DNA of 34,706 nt, taken from NCBI RefSeq assembly GCF_001194135.2, contig NC_069005.1, positions 12,738,726 to 12,773,431 on the forward strand, given 5' to 3'. Below are positions 22,547 to 33,520 of the stretch, piece by piece (position 1 is the stretch's first letter; every line of letters begins with the position of its first letter). The position numbers and the translations under genes were made by a program. The notes under the pieces are model-generated. The model saw only the letters and a program-made list of their open reading frames with translations. It searched no databases and had not been told where the DNA came from. Origin of the DNA: Octopus bimaculoides (taxonomy: Eukaryota).

Positions 22547-23410
22547 TAAACAAATCATTTGTGAAGGTCGTTCAGAAAGATAATGCAGAAGCATTTTTCT
22601 CTGACCACGAGGGGACTTCCAACACCAAGAAACATAATAAATGAATAAAACAATCAATTACCTGGAACTTGTGGGGGAAACATTTTTTGTCACTTACGCT
22701 ATGTAATATTAATAGTCATAAATAGGCATGATATACCTATATAATATGAATTGTATATATATATACATATATATTACAGCCAAGTATTGAAAAAGATTAA
22801 TAACTTAGATAAGTGCCTATGGGAAGGAAGCTAATTAAAATTCCTAGTCAGTGGTAATTATGTATATATATATATATATATATCGATATTTCATTCTTTT
22901 TAGAAATCTTCTGGATGATGTAACCTGCTGTTTGATTAAACATTTTATGAGGAGAGACATTTCATTAAAGATGGAAATAATTACAGTCTGTAGGTTATTT
23001 ATAGATTATGTTATCTCTCTTTTCCTCAGAGAACGTTATAATGTTATTTATGTGTGTGTGTTTGTGTGTGTATACGTGTGTGTGTATACGTGTGTGTGTG
23101 TGAGTGGGTGTGTGGACAGAGAGAGAGAGAGAGAAATACACATAAGGAAGGAAAATATACGGAGGTTTTATGTTGGAAAATATATATACTTATGAAATAA
23201 AATATTTACATAGCTGACTGGTTTCACTTATGCTAATCATGATTAAGTAGTAAGAGATAATATTATATTTTCATGCTATCATAATAGGTTTTCATTCCAT
23301 GTCACTAGGAAGATTAATATTTTGTAAATAAAACGGGGGATGGGTGAATATATTTTAGGGAAGGTCACCAATGATTATTATTATTATTAATATCAAAAGC
23401 AAGAGAGGTA

Positions 23411-23775
23411 ATTCTTTTATTCTTATACTTGTTTCACTCATTTGACTGCGGCCTTACTGGAGGCTTATTACTTAAGCTTAGTACTTATTCTATTGGTGTC
23501 TTTCGGCCATCCGCTAAGATGCGGGTACGTAAACACACACTAACACCGGTTGTCAAGCGGTGAGTGGAGGACAAACACACACACACACACACACACACAC
23601 GTATATATATATATATATACTACGGAGGTTTTTCAGTTTCCGTCTACTATATCCACTCATAAAGCTTTAGTCGGCCTGAGGCTACCATAGAAGACACTTT
23701 CCCAAGGTGTCATGCAGTGGGACTGAACTTGGAACCAGGTGGTTGGGATGCAAACTTCTTACCACACAGCCATGA
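23411..23775 (-). mobile_element. SINE family B, near full length with an internal deletion
   Basis: Collinear with the reverse complement of 21892-22546. Confidence 0.9.
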
Positions 23776-24390
23776 ATAGGCCTACCCATTTTTCCAACAT
23801 ATTTTCCCTATGAAAAACAGAAGATATCAAACTGAATGAAAGATTTATTTTTATTATTTTAAACCCATTTATCGGTGCTCCTATGAGTGGTGGGTTTTAT
23901 TACCCCTTTTTTTTTTTAGTATGAGAGCATGTTACAAACAAAGAGATTCTCTAATTGGACTCTTCTGGAAACAGTAATTAATCCAAACCCAGTTTACTGA
24001 AGTGAACAGAGTTATGAGCCTTTTCCAGGAGAGAGCATGGTGACTGGAATAAAATATAAACTGAATACAATGTAATGAATAATTAATACATCAGTTCAAA
24101 GAGTATTGTACATAATTTAGAGTGTTTGATTATATTGTCAATTAAACTGATCGATTTACGTAACTTATTGGTACTTTTTTTTATTGTTAGTCCTTACTTT
24201 CATTGACACAGTACTTTAATTAATCAACAAAGTTAATTAATAAATTCAATACGTATAAAAAATGTCCCTTCATTAAAACAGAAAGAAACACAAAACAATT
24301 AATGCTTATTGAACCTCGAAACTCGAAACAATGATTCACGAAATCTGTTTTGCAAGCAGTGTTGTATGTTTAAACATTTCACTTCATAAG

Positions 24391-24488
24391 TACATCGTTT
24401 TGATGAGGTTCAATCGCACCGCGTGATCACTTCAGGCACGAGTTTGTCACAAAGAATCGAATCGACAAAATCTTTGTGCATGGAATTT
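24391..24488 (+). CDS. Candidate exon 4 (98 nt, phase 1 to 0): (V)HRFDEVQSHRVITSGTSLSQRIESTKSLCMEF
   Basis: Acceptor CATTTCACTTCATAAG|; donor TTT|GTAAGA. Only one frame is open, with an in-frame TAA just before the acceptor and a stop seven codons after the donor. Confidence 0.7.
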
Positions 24489-25430
24489 GTAAGAAGAACA
24501 CAGTATTGAAACTTGTCCAAAAGAACATAGAAGCCAACATTTTTTTTTGTCAAATTGCCTAAATGTTCGGGTTTCATTTCTACCCAGTAAAGCAGAATAA
24601 GTTTTATGGGTTTTTCCTTTTGTTCCATTCTCTTTGTCTACATTTGTGTACCATTAGTCACTAAGCTTATGTTTTATTTCATTGTGTAACAGAAATTTTA
24701 ATTAAACGCAATTTTGGTTTTCTCATTCTGTTAAGCATGTCGGCACGTAATTAATTATAAAACATAGATGGCGTCCCTAAATAAATTCTCTCAGTTATCA
24801 TGTTGAACTTTTGGGCCAATTCGTGTACATTTCTTGTATATCTATATAGGGATCAACTGTGACTAGGTCTGTCAAGCATTGCAAGGAGTTATTTCACAGA
24901 AGAGCTGGAATAATGTCGAACCATGTACGTAGTTGTCACCATGTATGCTAAAGATCAAATTAATAATAGTCACTGAACTGAAGTTTTCTTCACCTTAGGG
25001 CGTTGTAATTCTAATTTTGATAAATTAAAATGTTATTCCTTAGCTTTGACTAGCGTTCACTAACATTTATCTTTGGATCTTTTTCTCTCTCATCACCGAG
25101 AGGGTAATTAAATTTTACCATTTTAAATATTATTTAACATCTATTTCCTTATCTACTGAACACACATCTTCTGATTTCAAAGAGGATTTGTTTTACTTAA
25201 TGTTAAAACCCGTTCTGAATTTTAAAACCTACTTTTAATTTCACACAGGCCTCGTTTTACTAAGTGATACAAACCATTCTTTATTTTTATTAACTATTTT
25301 ACTAGGATAAAACTTAGAATTAAATTTAATTGGGGATAGTTTACATAAATAAAATCACATCAATGTGAATTTGAAGATACGTAAGGTTTCTTTATTGTTC
25401 ATAATGTACTATTTATCATTTTGCAAATAG

Positions 25431-25487
25431 CTCTCAATGCGAGATGATGGCGAGAACAAAAATGTCGTATTGACACTTGGACTTGAG
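25431..25487 (+). CDS. Candidate exon 5 (57 nt, phase 0 to 0): LSMRDDGENKNVVLTLGLE
   Basis: Acceptor TTTATCATTTTGCAAATAG|; donor GAG|GTAGGT. Only frame 0 is open. Confidence 0.7.
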
Positions 25488-25914
25488 GTAGGTAAATATA
25501 TAAGTAAATATATGAATGCGTAATTCTCCGTGCTGGTCATTTTTGTTGCTCTGGATGCATGTGCCCAGCATTTAATGAGTACATAATATTTGGATGGGGA
25601 CGAATGATTACTCTTTTTTGAGGGCCATGAAACCTAAAATGGATAGGAAACTTGAAACGTCGATATCGAATACGCATATAGAACGATAATTCGATAATAA
25701 ACAACGTGAAATCTATTGGAACAAAACTTTTTCTACACGTCTTAAGGAAACACATGGTAAAGAAAAAACGATGTTATCTTGGAGGAATAAAAAATCTGTA
25801 ATAATTCCCAATGCGCATAAAGTTATCACTTAGCCATAGTAAATAAAATTATATATTTATAAGAACATTTTAAATTTTCTACTGTGATTTATATTAATTT
25901 ATTTATCAAGGCAG

Positions 25915-25984
25915 TTCATACACGCAACCCAGTCAAAAAAGACCTTTCGTCACATCTTTGGAATCTGCCCCTTTAATAAACAAG
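25915..25984 (+). CDS. Candidate exon 6 (70 nt, phase 0 to 1): FIHATQSKKTFRHIFGICPFNKQ
   Basis: Tandem acceptor TATCAAG|GCAG|; donor AAG|GTAATA. Phases fit exons 5 and 7. Confidence 0.6.
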
Positions 25985-26005
25985 GTAATAATAGTAGTAA
26001 GTAAG

Positions 26006-26730
26006 TTGAATCTTGGTAAAACATCTGGTAAATATGGAATTGGCCCGGACATCTTGCGCTCTTGGAGTAGTCATATCACAGAGTTTTCGCGAGTTTATTA
26101 GCATAGTCTGGAAAGAGGGTGATATACTCAAGGACCTGAAGGATGTAGTTATTCTTCCTTTCTATAACAGAGGGTCAGAATAAATGTAGTGACCCTAGAG
26201 GTCAGCTGCTGGCAAGGTTCTGGCAAGAAGTTTTCTTATCCACCTGAATAAATCCCTCGTAAATGACATCCTGTGTGAACCTCAGAGCAGCTTCCGTAAG
26301 ACAGATGCAGGATAAGTGCTATAAGCAAAATATGGATCTTGTCCAGGTTTTTACTGTTATGTCTCAAGCTACTGCTATCTAGCACCTTCGGATGATCTCT
26401 ACGTGACTACTACTCAACAGCTATTGAACAGTCAGTCTACCGTCAGTCAACTCCTACCACGGTCAGACTACCTCTATTTATATGTCTTGGTCGATCCTAC
26501 TTCTTTGCTTGGGAGCGTCGACACAACATGGACAAAGCTTTCGACACTGAATACGATCTCACTCTGTAAAATACTCGGCAACCCTGGTTGAGAGGGTCAC
26601 ATTGTAATCGATAATCAAAGTACCACATGATGGAGTGGAGGCAAGAGTAAATGTCAGTGATGATGAGGTGTCAAGCAAGGTGAAACCTTTGCTCCAACTC
26701 TATTTTGAAATTCGCTGCTACTCATACTTA
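26006..26730 (+). mobile_element. RTE-clade LINE reverse-transcriptase remnant, heavily decayed, with an insertion
   Basis: Fragments LGKTSGKYGIGPDIL...WKEGDILKDLKDVVIL...AGKVLAR...MQDKCYKQNMDL...TKAFDT...DGVEARVNV...VKQGETFAPTLF are RT motifs in mixed frames. Confidence 0.8.
26355..26528 (-). mobile_element. 174-bp insertion in the RT remnant, candidate solo LTR
   Basis: Starts TGTTAT and ends ACAACA (TG...CA with short inverted ends). TATAAATAG lies on the minus strand at 26474-26482. The flanking pentamers match only partly (TTTAC/TGGAC). Confidence 0.4.
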
Positions 26731-26967
26731 TGTTTTTGCGGTGGATTTATTTTCTAGGATACATGTGAGGTAGCGAATGTTTGGTAGTCTCTTCAACTTA
26801 CGGGGAAGCTATCCAGTCTCTTATTTGTGATTTCTGAAATGCAGATGATTACGATTTAGTGGCTCATACATTTGAAGTTATACAACTTCTCATGGATCAT
26901 ATATATATATATATATAGATAGATAAATAAATAGATATATACATACATAAATAGATAGATAGATCGA

Positions 26968-27001
<34 letters not shown>

Positions 27002-27004
<3 letters not shown>

Positions 27005-27065
27005 CATGCCTTTATATATACGCATTTATGTACATGTATATATCCATATATACATATATACCCAT

Positions 27066-27111
<46 letters not shown>

Positions 27112-27197
27112 CATGCCTTTATATATACGCATTTATGTACATGTATATATCCATATATACATATATACCCATATATATATGTATATGTATATATATA
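27002..27197. repeat. Tandem duplication, period 107 bp, in TA-rich DNA
   Basis: TTACATGCCTTTATATATACGCATTTATGTACATG... starts at 27002 and again at 27109, identical for about 89 nt. Confidence 0.9.
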
Positions 27198-27349
27198 CAT
27201 GTGTGTGTGTGTATGTAAGTGTGCTTGCGTGTATACATGCATACATATATAGATATATATGTATGTATGCATGTATGTATTGTGTTCATTAATTACGTGA
27301 TATTGGTTTCAATACTCAAATATTACACCACGTGTAATATTTAAAGATC

Positions 27350-28830
27350 TCCTTGAATCGCAATGAAATCATGGGTTTTGCTTCCTTTTGGGAAAGTCAG
27401 AAATGCTTCCTGGAACTGATGATGAGGTAATTCATGATTTGCAAATGGATCTCGACAAAATTTAATACTAAGAAAAACTGTTCACATTGGTAAGAGGCAG
27501 TAAACACTGATTCAGATATCCATGTTTCGATTCTTCAAAAGTGTATGTTTTTCAGTATCTGCATGGGATTCGTAAAATTCCAAAATAGATAATCTATTAA
27601 ATTTGGAGATCAAAAGTGTTATCCGATAGAAAAGAAATTAAATCTCGTAGCAAGAAATCAGGAGCTCGTTTGGCATCACATCAAAAGAATCTTCGTTGAT
27701 ATGTAGTTGGATTTCATGATTTTGTAAATCTAGAAGCTGTTTCTGTTTCTTTTTATTATTTTAAATCGATCCAAAATATTGACGTAAAAATATCTACTGT
27801 TGTTGGATCTTTTCTTCATTTGCTTTCTGTTCCTTCAGTGATAGAAAATATTCTACGCAATGCTTTTTTTTTGTTTTTTTTTTACTAAATGTGTTATGAC
27901 CGTTAGATGAGTTATGCTAAATGAGCTATGAACGTTGCATCAATGACTCTAAAGACCTTATATCCAGATTAGAAAGGTAATACACCGGTTCGGCTCTTGT
28001 AATATCAAACTCAGGTCATTTTAATGACCAAAAATACCACAACACATAACAAGATCTTTTTGTGGGTTGGGGATTCAATTTCTGAATAGTAATGCATTCA
28101 ATTTCCCCACAAAAAAGTGTTTTACAGTAATTTCAGTTAATAAACGAGCTTGATTAGGCAAAATCGTTAGCCTTGGAGTAAATACCTTGAATATTTGGTC
28201 ACACCTCTGTACATTCTGACTTAAAATTCCATCTTTGTATTTCCTAATTTGGGGATCGATAAAAAAAAGTTCCAGTAGAGATAGAGGGATTGTTGGAAAC
28301 TAGAAGTTTCGGTAAGAAGACAAGCGGTATATTTTTCCAGCTTGTTGCATCATAACAGTAGCGTCTAAAACGATATAATGTCCTGCTGAGCCGGTTCGAG
28401 TTAGAGGCTATTCCTTTGAATAACCTCGATGGCGAAGAGAGAGGAGATTTGCATACGTTTGTCGCTGACATTTTTTCTTAAATAATCTTGACCAAACTTG
28501 AATATACTTGACAAACGCACTCCCTATATACCCAAACTTCAATATACGACCTTTGCTCAATTCATGAATTTAACGCTTGTATTCGAAATCACCATAATCC
28601 CCAACAGTCTTTCAAGATTTCGTTAATTATTTTGTTACGCAATCCTTTGGATTTTATAAAGTTAAATAGTCGCATTGACACTTCCTCGCATTGCTTACTC
28701 TTAGACAATGTGCTCATACATGCTGTTGCTCAATACGAACATATTCTAAGGATTCTGTCGACTGAACTCCATTTCATACTTGAAACAGTTCCCAACATAG
28801 ATGTACTCTCCCTTATTTGGTGCCGCATTT
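27350..28830 (-). mobile_element. Decayed hAT transposase (Buster/SPIN, GTF2IRD2-like)
   Basis: Minus-strand fragments in order: FNFIKSKGL...GDYGDF...LSKGRILK; KDLVMCCGIFGH*NDLSLILQ; LEFYES...SVFTASYQCEQFF (dimerisation domain). Many stops and frameshifts; no TIR seen. Confidence 0.7.
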
Positions 28831-29321
28831 AAATTCATTCAACTCACGAGTAACTCCCTCGTTGACTGATTATCGCAGTTATTGGAACTTGGAGAAGAGG
28901 GGAAACAAGTGTATCATTCGCTATCATGTTTGATTAGCATGGAAATAACAATTCTAGATCGATCGTTACATTATTTAGTCTACTAATCTCAGACATTTTT
29001 CTAGTTGTGGACTAAGAACAACGTTATCCAGCGTGTCCTTCATTTTTCAAAAACGGTGAAAGGAAATAGGGTCAGCTTTGGCAGGTATTTCTTGGAACTC
29101 TCTATGCAGGTCAAGCAAACACATTAACGCTTCTTTGCTCCATCATATATTCTAAGCGTTATTATTGATGGATATTTATTTGTTTCCTTTTTTTTTTTTG
29201 TCTCTTTGCTTTCATTGTTTTTGACCCATAAGCCAAAACTGACCAAGTAGATCCACGATCACAAGTGATACAAGCGAGTCACATTTTTCATAAAAGCAAA
29301 ATTAAAAACCAGCCGTAATAC

Positions 29322-30090
29322 AACGGTTTGGAATTTGGCACAAAGCCAGCAATTTCGGGCGGAAGGAGAGAGTCGGAAGGAGAGAGTCGGAAGGAGAGAG
29401 TCGGAAGGAGAGAGTCGGAAGGAGAGAGTCGGNNNNNNNNNNNNNNNNNNNNNNNNNNNNNNNNNNNNNNNNNNNNNNNNNNNNNNNNNNNNNNNNNNNN
29501 NNNNNNNNNNNNNNNNNNNNNNNNNNNNNNNNNNNNNNNNNNNNNNNNNNNNNNNNNNNNNNNNNNNNNNNNNNNNNNNNNNNNNNNNNNNNNNNNNNNN
29601 NNNNNNNNNNNNNNNNNNNNNNNNNNNNNNNNNNNNNNNNNNNNNNNNNNNNNNNNNNNNNNNNNNNNNNNNNNNNNNNNNNNNNNNNNNNNNNNNNNNN
29701 NNNNNNNNNNNNNNNNNNNNNNNNNNNNNNNNNNNNNNNNNNNNNNNNNNNNNNNNNNNNNNNNNNNNNNNNNNNNNNNNNNNNNNNNNNNNNNNNNNNN
29801 NNNNNNNNNNNNNNNNNNNNNNNNNNNNNNNNNNNNNNNNNNNNNAGTCGGAAGGAGAGAGTCGGAAGGAGAGAGTCGGAAGGAGAGAGTCGGAAGGAGA
29901 GAGTCGGAAGGAGAGAGTCGGAAGGAGAGAGTCGACCTCCTATATTCAACTGGTACTTATTTTATCGACCACCTAAAGGATGAAAGGTAAAGTTGACCTC
30001 GGCGGAAATTGAAATCAGAACGTAAAATCGGACGAAATGTCACTGACCATTTTCTCCGGCGTACTAACGATTCCAAGATCTCACTGTCTT
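29322..30090 (-). mobile_element. SINE family A with an internal minisatellite expansion
   Basis: GGTTTGGAATTTGGCACAAAGCCAGCAATTTCGG lies before the array; GTCGACCTCC...CAACTGGTACTTATTTTATCGACC...GGATGAAAGG...CTCGGCGGAAATTGAAATCAGAACG lies after it. Confidence 0.85.
29361..29933 (+). repeat. 14-bp minisatellite (GGAAGGAGAGAGTC)n spanning a gap
   Basis: Five perfect units before and six after the 413-N gap; about 41 units if the gap size is accurate and the gap is all array. Confidence 0.95.
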
Positions 30091-30430
30091 ATATTAAACT
30101 ATAACAGTTGTTCGCAACCACTTTTTATCTGTGGAAACCTTTTGATTCTTATTTTACTCTTCTGCACCGTAATTAACATTTGATGTTTTCAAAAAGTCCC
30201 ATTATATTTTTATAAATATCATTAGGAATTGTATGAAAAAAATTGATGAAATATCTTGTATGTTGTAGATGTAGAAACAATTTATTACAAATAGATTTTC
30301 ACAACAAAATCTTATGTGGATCCCCAAGGCAGCGGGAGAAGACAGGTTGAGAGGAATGAACTATAATATAATGACATTTCCTTTCATTTTTCATTTGTCT
30401 TTCTGTTTTCTTTTCCTACCTTTCTCAAAG

Positions 30431-30522
30431 TCGGTACAGTGCCATTTGAGGGAGATTTGGCTTACGTTTCAAGCAATATCGAACGACCTCGTAGAAGATT
30501 CTCCATGGATGTATTTCTTTGA
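30431..30522 (+). CDS. Candidate terminal exon 7 (phase 1): (V)GTVPFEGDLAYVSSNIERPRRRFSMDVFL*
   Basis: Polypyrimidine tract of about 50 nt ending CTCAAAG|. The phase-1 frame is open to TGA 30520-30522. A possible internal donor GAT|GTATTT lies at 30511, and ATTAAA at about 30562. Confidence 0.55.
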
Positions 30523-30942
30523 GTGATGGCGTACTATTCTTATACAAGCACCTAAGAGAGTATTAAACTTTTCTAGCAGAAGAATTTTTGACACCTGTCA
30601 AAGAGCTGTACATGAGAATAATTCCATTTTGGTATTTCAAGAGTGAGAAAGTAATTTTTACCTAATTGGCTTTTATTAATGTTCTCCTATTTTATTCCTA
30701 TCATAAATACTTTTTCTTTTTTCTTTTTTTTTTATTTGTTTGTTTGGTCGAAGATTAGAAGATACATCTTCAGATTTTTCATCTTTCTGTGTTGTTATAA
30801 TATTGCTACAATGATGAAGTTGTTTAACAATATTTCTATATTTATTTATTAAAATGTGCAGGTGTCGATGATGTATATCTGTTTGCGCGTGTTTATATAT
30901 AGATACATACATACATACACACATACATACACACACATACAT

Positions 30943-30981
<39 letters not shown>

Positions 30982-31174
30982 CGCAAACAAAATATGTGCA
31001 TGTGCGCTCTCGCGCATGTTTGTTTATGTATATGTGTACATACGTATATATGAAAATATATAGTTATGTATGGGCGAGTACTGGTACAAGAATAGCAGTT
31101 CGTGAGTGTGCGCACATATATACAAATATGTAGACTTGTGGGCGTATATTCGCATATGATACATAATATATAAT

Positions 31175-31227
<53 letters not shown>

Positions 31228-32714
31228 NNNNNNNNNNNNNNNNNNNNNNNNNNNNNNNNNNNNNNNNNNNNNNNNNNNNNNNNNNNNNNNNNNNNNNNNN
31301 NNNNNNNNNNNNNNNNNNNNNNNNNNNNNNNNNNNNNNNNNNNNNNNNNNNNNNNNNNNNNNNNNNNNNNNNNNNNNNNNNNNNNNNNNNNNNNNNNNNN
31401 NNNNNNATATATATAGTGTGTATGTGTGTGCGCGCGTTTCTGTGTGTATATGTGTATGTATGGGTAAGTTTTGTGCGTTTGTGTGTTTGCGTAATCCTAT
31501 ATTTATTTACAATACAACCTGTTGACAATGGATGAGAAGCTCCAGTCAAAGCGAATTTTTGATGCAGGTTCGATTTTCTGTGGAGCTATTTTCGCTCCAC
31601 TTCTTCGTCGGGCGCTAAATGACACAAGTCAATTTCTACGCGATCGCTCGAACTGCAAGAAATAGAAGCGAAATATATTTTGAATTGCGAATATTGCGCA
31701 ACGCAATCATAGATACGATATATTTGCTCATGGTTGACCTGGGATAAAACAGTAACCACAAAAACGTACCTTATATATGTGGAGAAAGACAGATTATAAT
31801 CCTTCAATTTGATATTTTCTTGAACTACTACTACAAAGAGATTACTAAACAACAATGCTTCTATGGGGTCTTTGGCTGTACTAGAAATAATAGTTGAATT
31901 TTCTTTAACGTCATACAATCTCTTATAGAGAATTTCAGAATGCTAAGTCTGTATTACTAAGGTCAAAGTACCTCTATAAATTATTTTCCTCCCATATAAA
32001 CCTTATGCTCCTTTCATACCGTATTCATTTTCACCCACTTACTTAGTATGAGACCCCAACGTAAAACTTACGATTTTCCTACGTGATGTTTGTTACTACA
32101 CCACGTAAGCCTTATACTTAACTCACGTAAACATTTTCTTCGTCCCATGAATAATAGATAAACGCTTCTCCCGTGTAACCGTCATGCTCTTACATTTTTG
32201 GCTTCTTCCACATAAAACATGTTTGTTCCACGTTAACTTCTTCACATGTAAAACTTATGACCTCCCTGCATAAATCCAGTGGTCTTGAGTCATAGTTCTT
32301 CTGTCCCTTGTGCGGCAAATCGTGGGTTAAGCAGTTTCCCATGTTCCTCATAATTTCATCTGTTTCAATCAGAATTAATTATGCTTGCCGTTACCATCTG
32401 TTCAGTTTTCAACAATCCAAACTGAACATGAATCATTCTAATTTTATAAGTTTTGAAGGAAGTTTGGCACAGAAACACAGTAACACCAAGCAAGCTTAGG
32501 CTCTCGCATAGCTTCACAGCTCTGTTTATTTCGCTTGGATTTCTAATGATAAAAAAACTGTCATGAAAAAAGCGAAGGTGAAAGAAAGCCGGCACAAAGA
32601 GATGGGCAAGTGGGAGAGGAGACGCTGAGAACCCCAGAAACGACATGGGGTCGCACAATTTTCAGGTCATTTTCACTTTCGTCCATTTTTCATGCATGCG
32701 TAGAATTAGGCATT

Positions 32715-32750
32715 ATCTCTCTCTCCCTCTCTCCCTCTCCCTCTCTCTCA

Positions 32751-32821
<71 letters not shown>

Positions 32822-32830
32822 CCTCCCTCT
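32715..32830. repeat. (CT)n microsatellite
   Basis: Directly visible. Confidence 0.95.
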
Positions 32831-33428
32831 TTCAATTTCTCATTATAATGTACAGAGTCTTCATGTTGTCAACATGTTTACAACTTCTCTAACATCATTT
32901 CCTCCTTTTTGAATTAAGAAACGTATGCAAAAAATAACTTCCTTTGGCACACACACACNNNNNNNNNNNNNNNNNNNNNNNNNNNNNNNNNNNNNNNNNN
33001 NNNNNNNNNNNNNNNNNNNNNNNAGTTTTGTATGAATTATGTTATTCCTTGCTGTGCGCTAAATTGCATCTTAAATCCTATGGAAATTACCTTTTCCTAT
33101 TCCGTCACTCCTGGTTGTGATGAGCGTATTTCAAAATCTGATCTTACAAGGAAGTTATCTCAGAAATCCTGTCCTTTACCTGTTGTTTCTAGCATGTCTG
33201 AAATGATATTTGCGTACCCCGCCCCCTTATTTCTTTTTCTTTTCTCAATTTACTCACATTCCTATATTTTCCATGCAAGAGATTTGCATTTCGCCCGAAA
33301 GCGGGTAGCTGATGGGTGGCCGAGGTGGGAGAAGGGTCATTCAGTATTTTTTCAGAAAAATTAAACTTTCAAAAACAAATGGCGGATGTAAAGAATACAT
33401 ACACCACCCGTTTTCGGCGTAACAAAAA

Positions 33429-33520
33429 CCCTAACTCTAACCTTAATCGTAACCCTAAACCCTAACTTTAATCTTAAACCCTAACCCTAACTCTAAATCG
33501 TAACCTTAACCCTAACCCTG
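33429..33520 (+). repeat. Interstitial degenerate (CCCTAA)n telomere-like tract
   Basis: CCCTAA, CTCTAA, CCTTAA and TCGTAA variants, roughly 15 units. Confidence 0.85.

Noticed and set aside
23920-23973. Exon-like segment after a poly-T acceptor
   Set aside because: The phase-1 frame has an immediate TGA; incompatible with the chain.
24900-24924. 25-nt micro-exon KSWNNVEP with donor CAT|GTACGT
   Set aside because: It would shift exon 5 into a closed frame.
31580-31918. 110-aa minus-strand ORF and the 7-bp hairpin GTGGAGC/GCTCCAC
   Set aside because: No recognisable motif or convincing splice signals; a stem this short is expected by chance.
33429-33520. True telomere or chromosome-fusion site
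   Set aside because: Short, degenerate, single orientation, internal, and bracketed by inverted arms.
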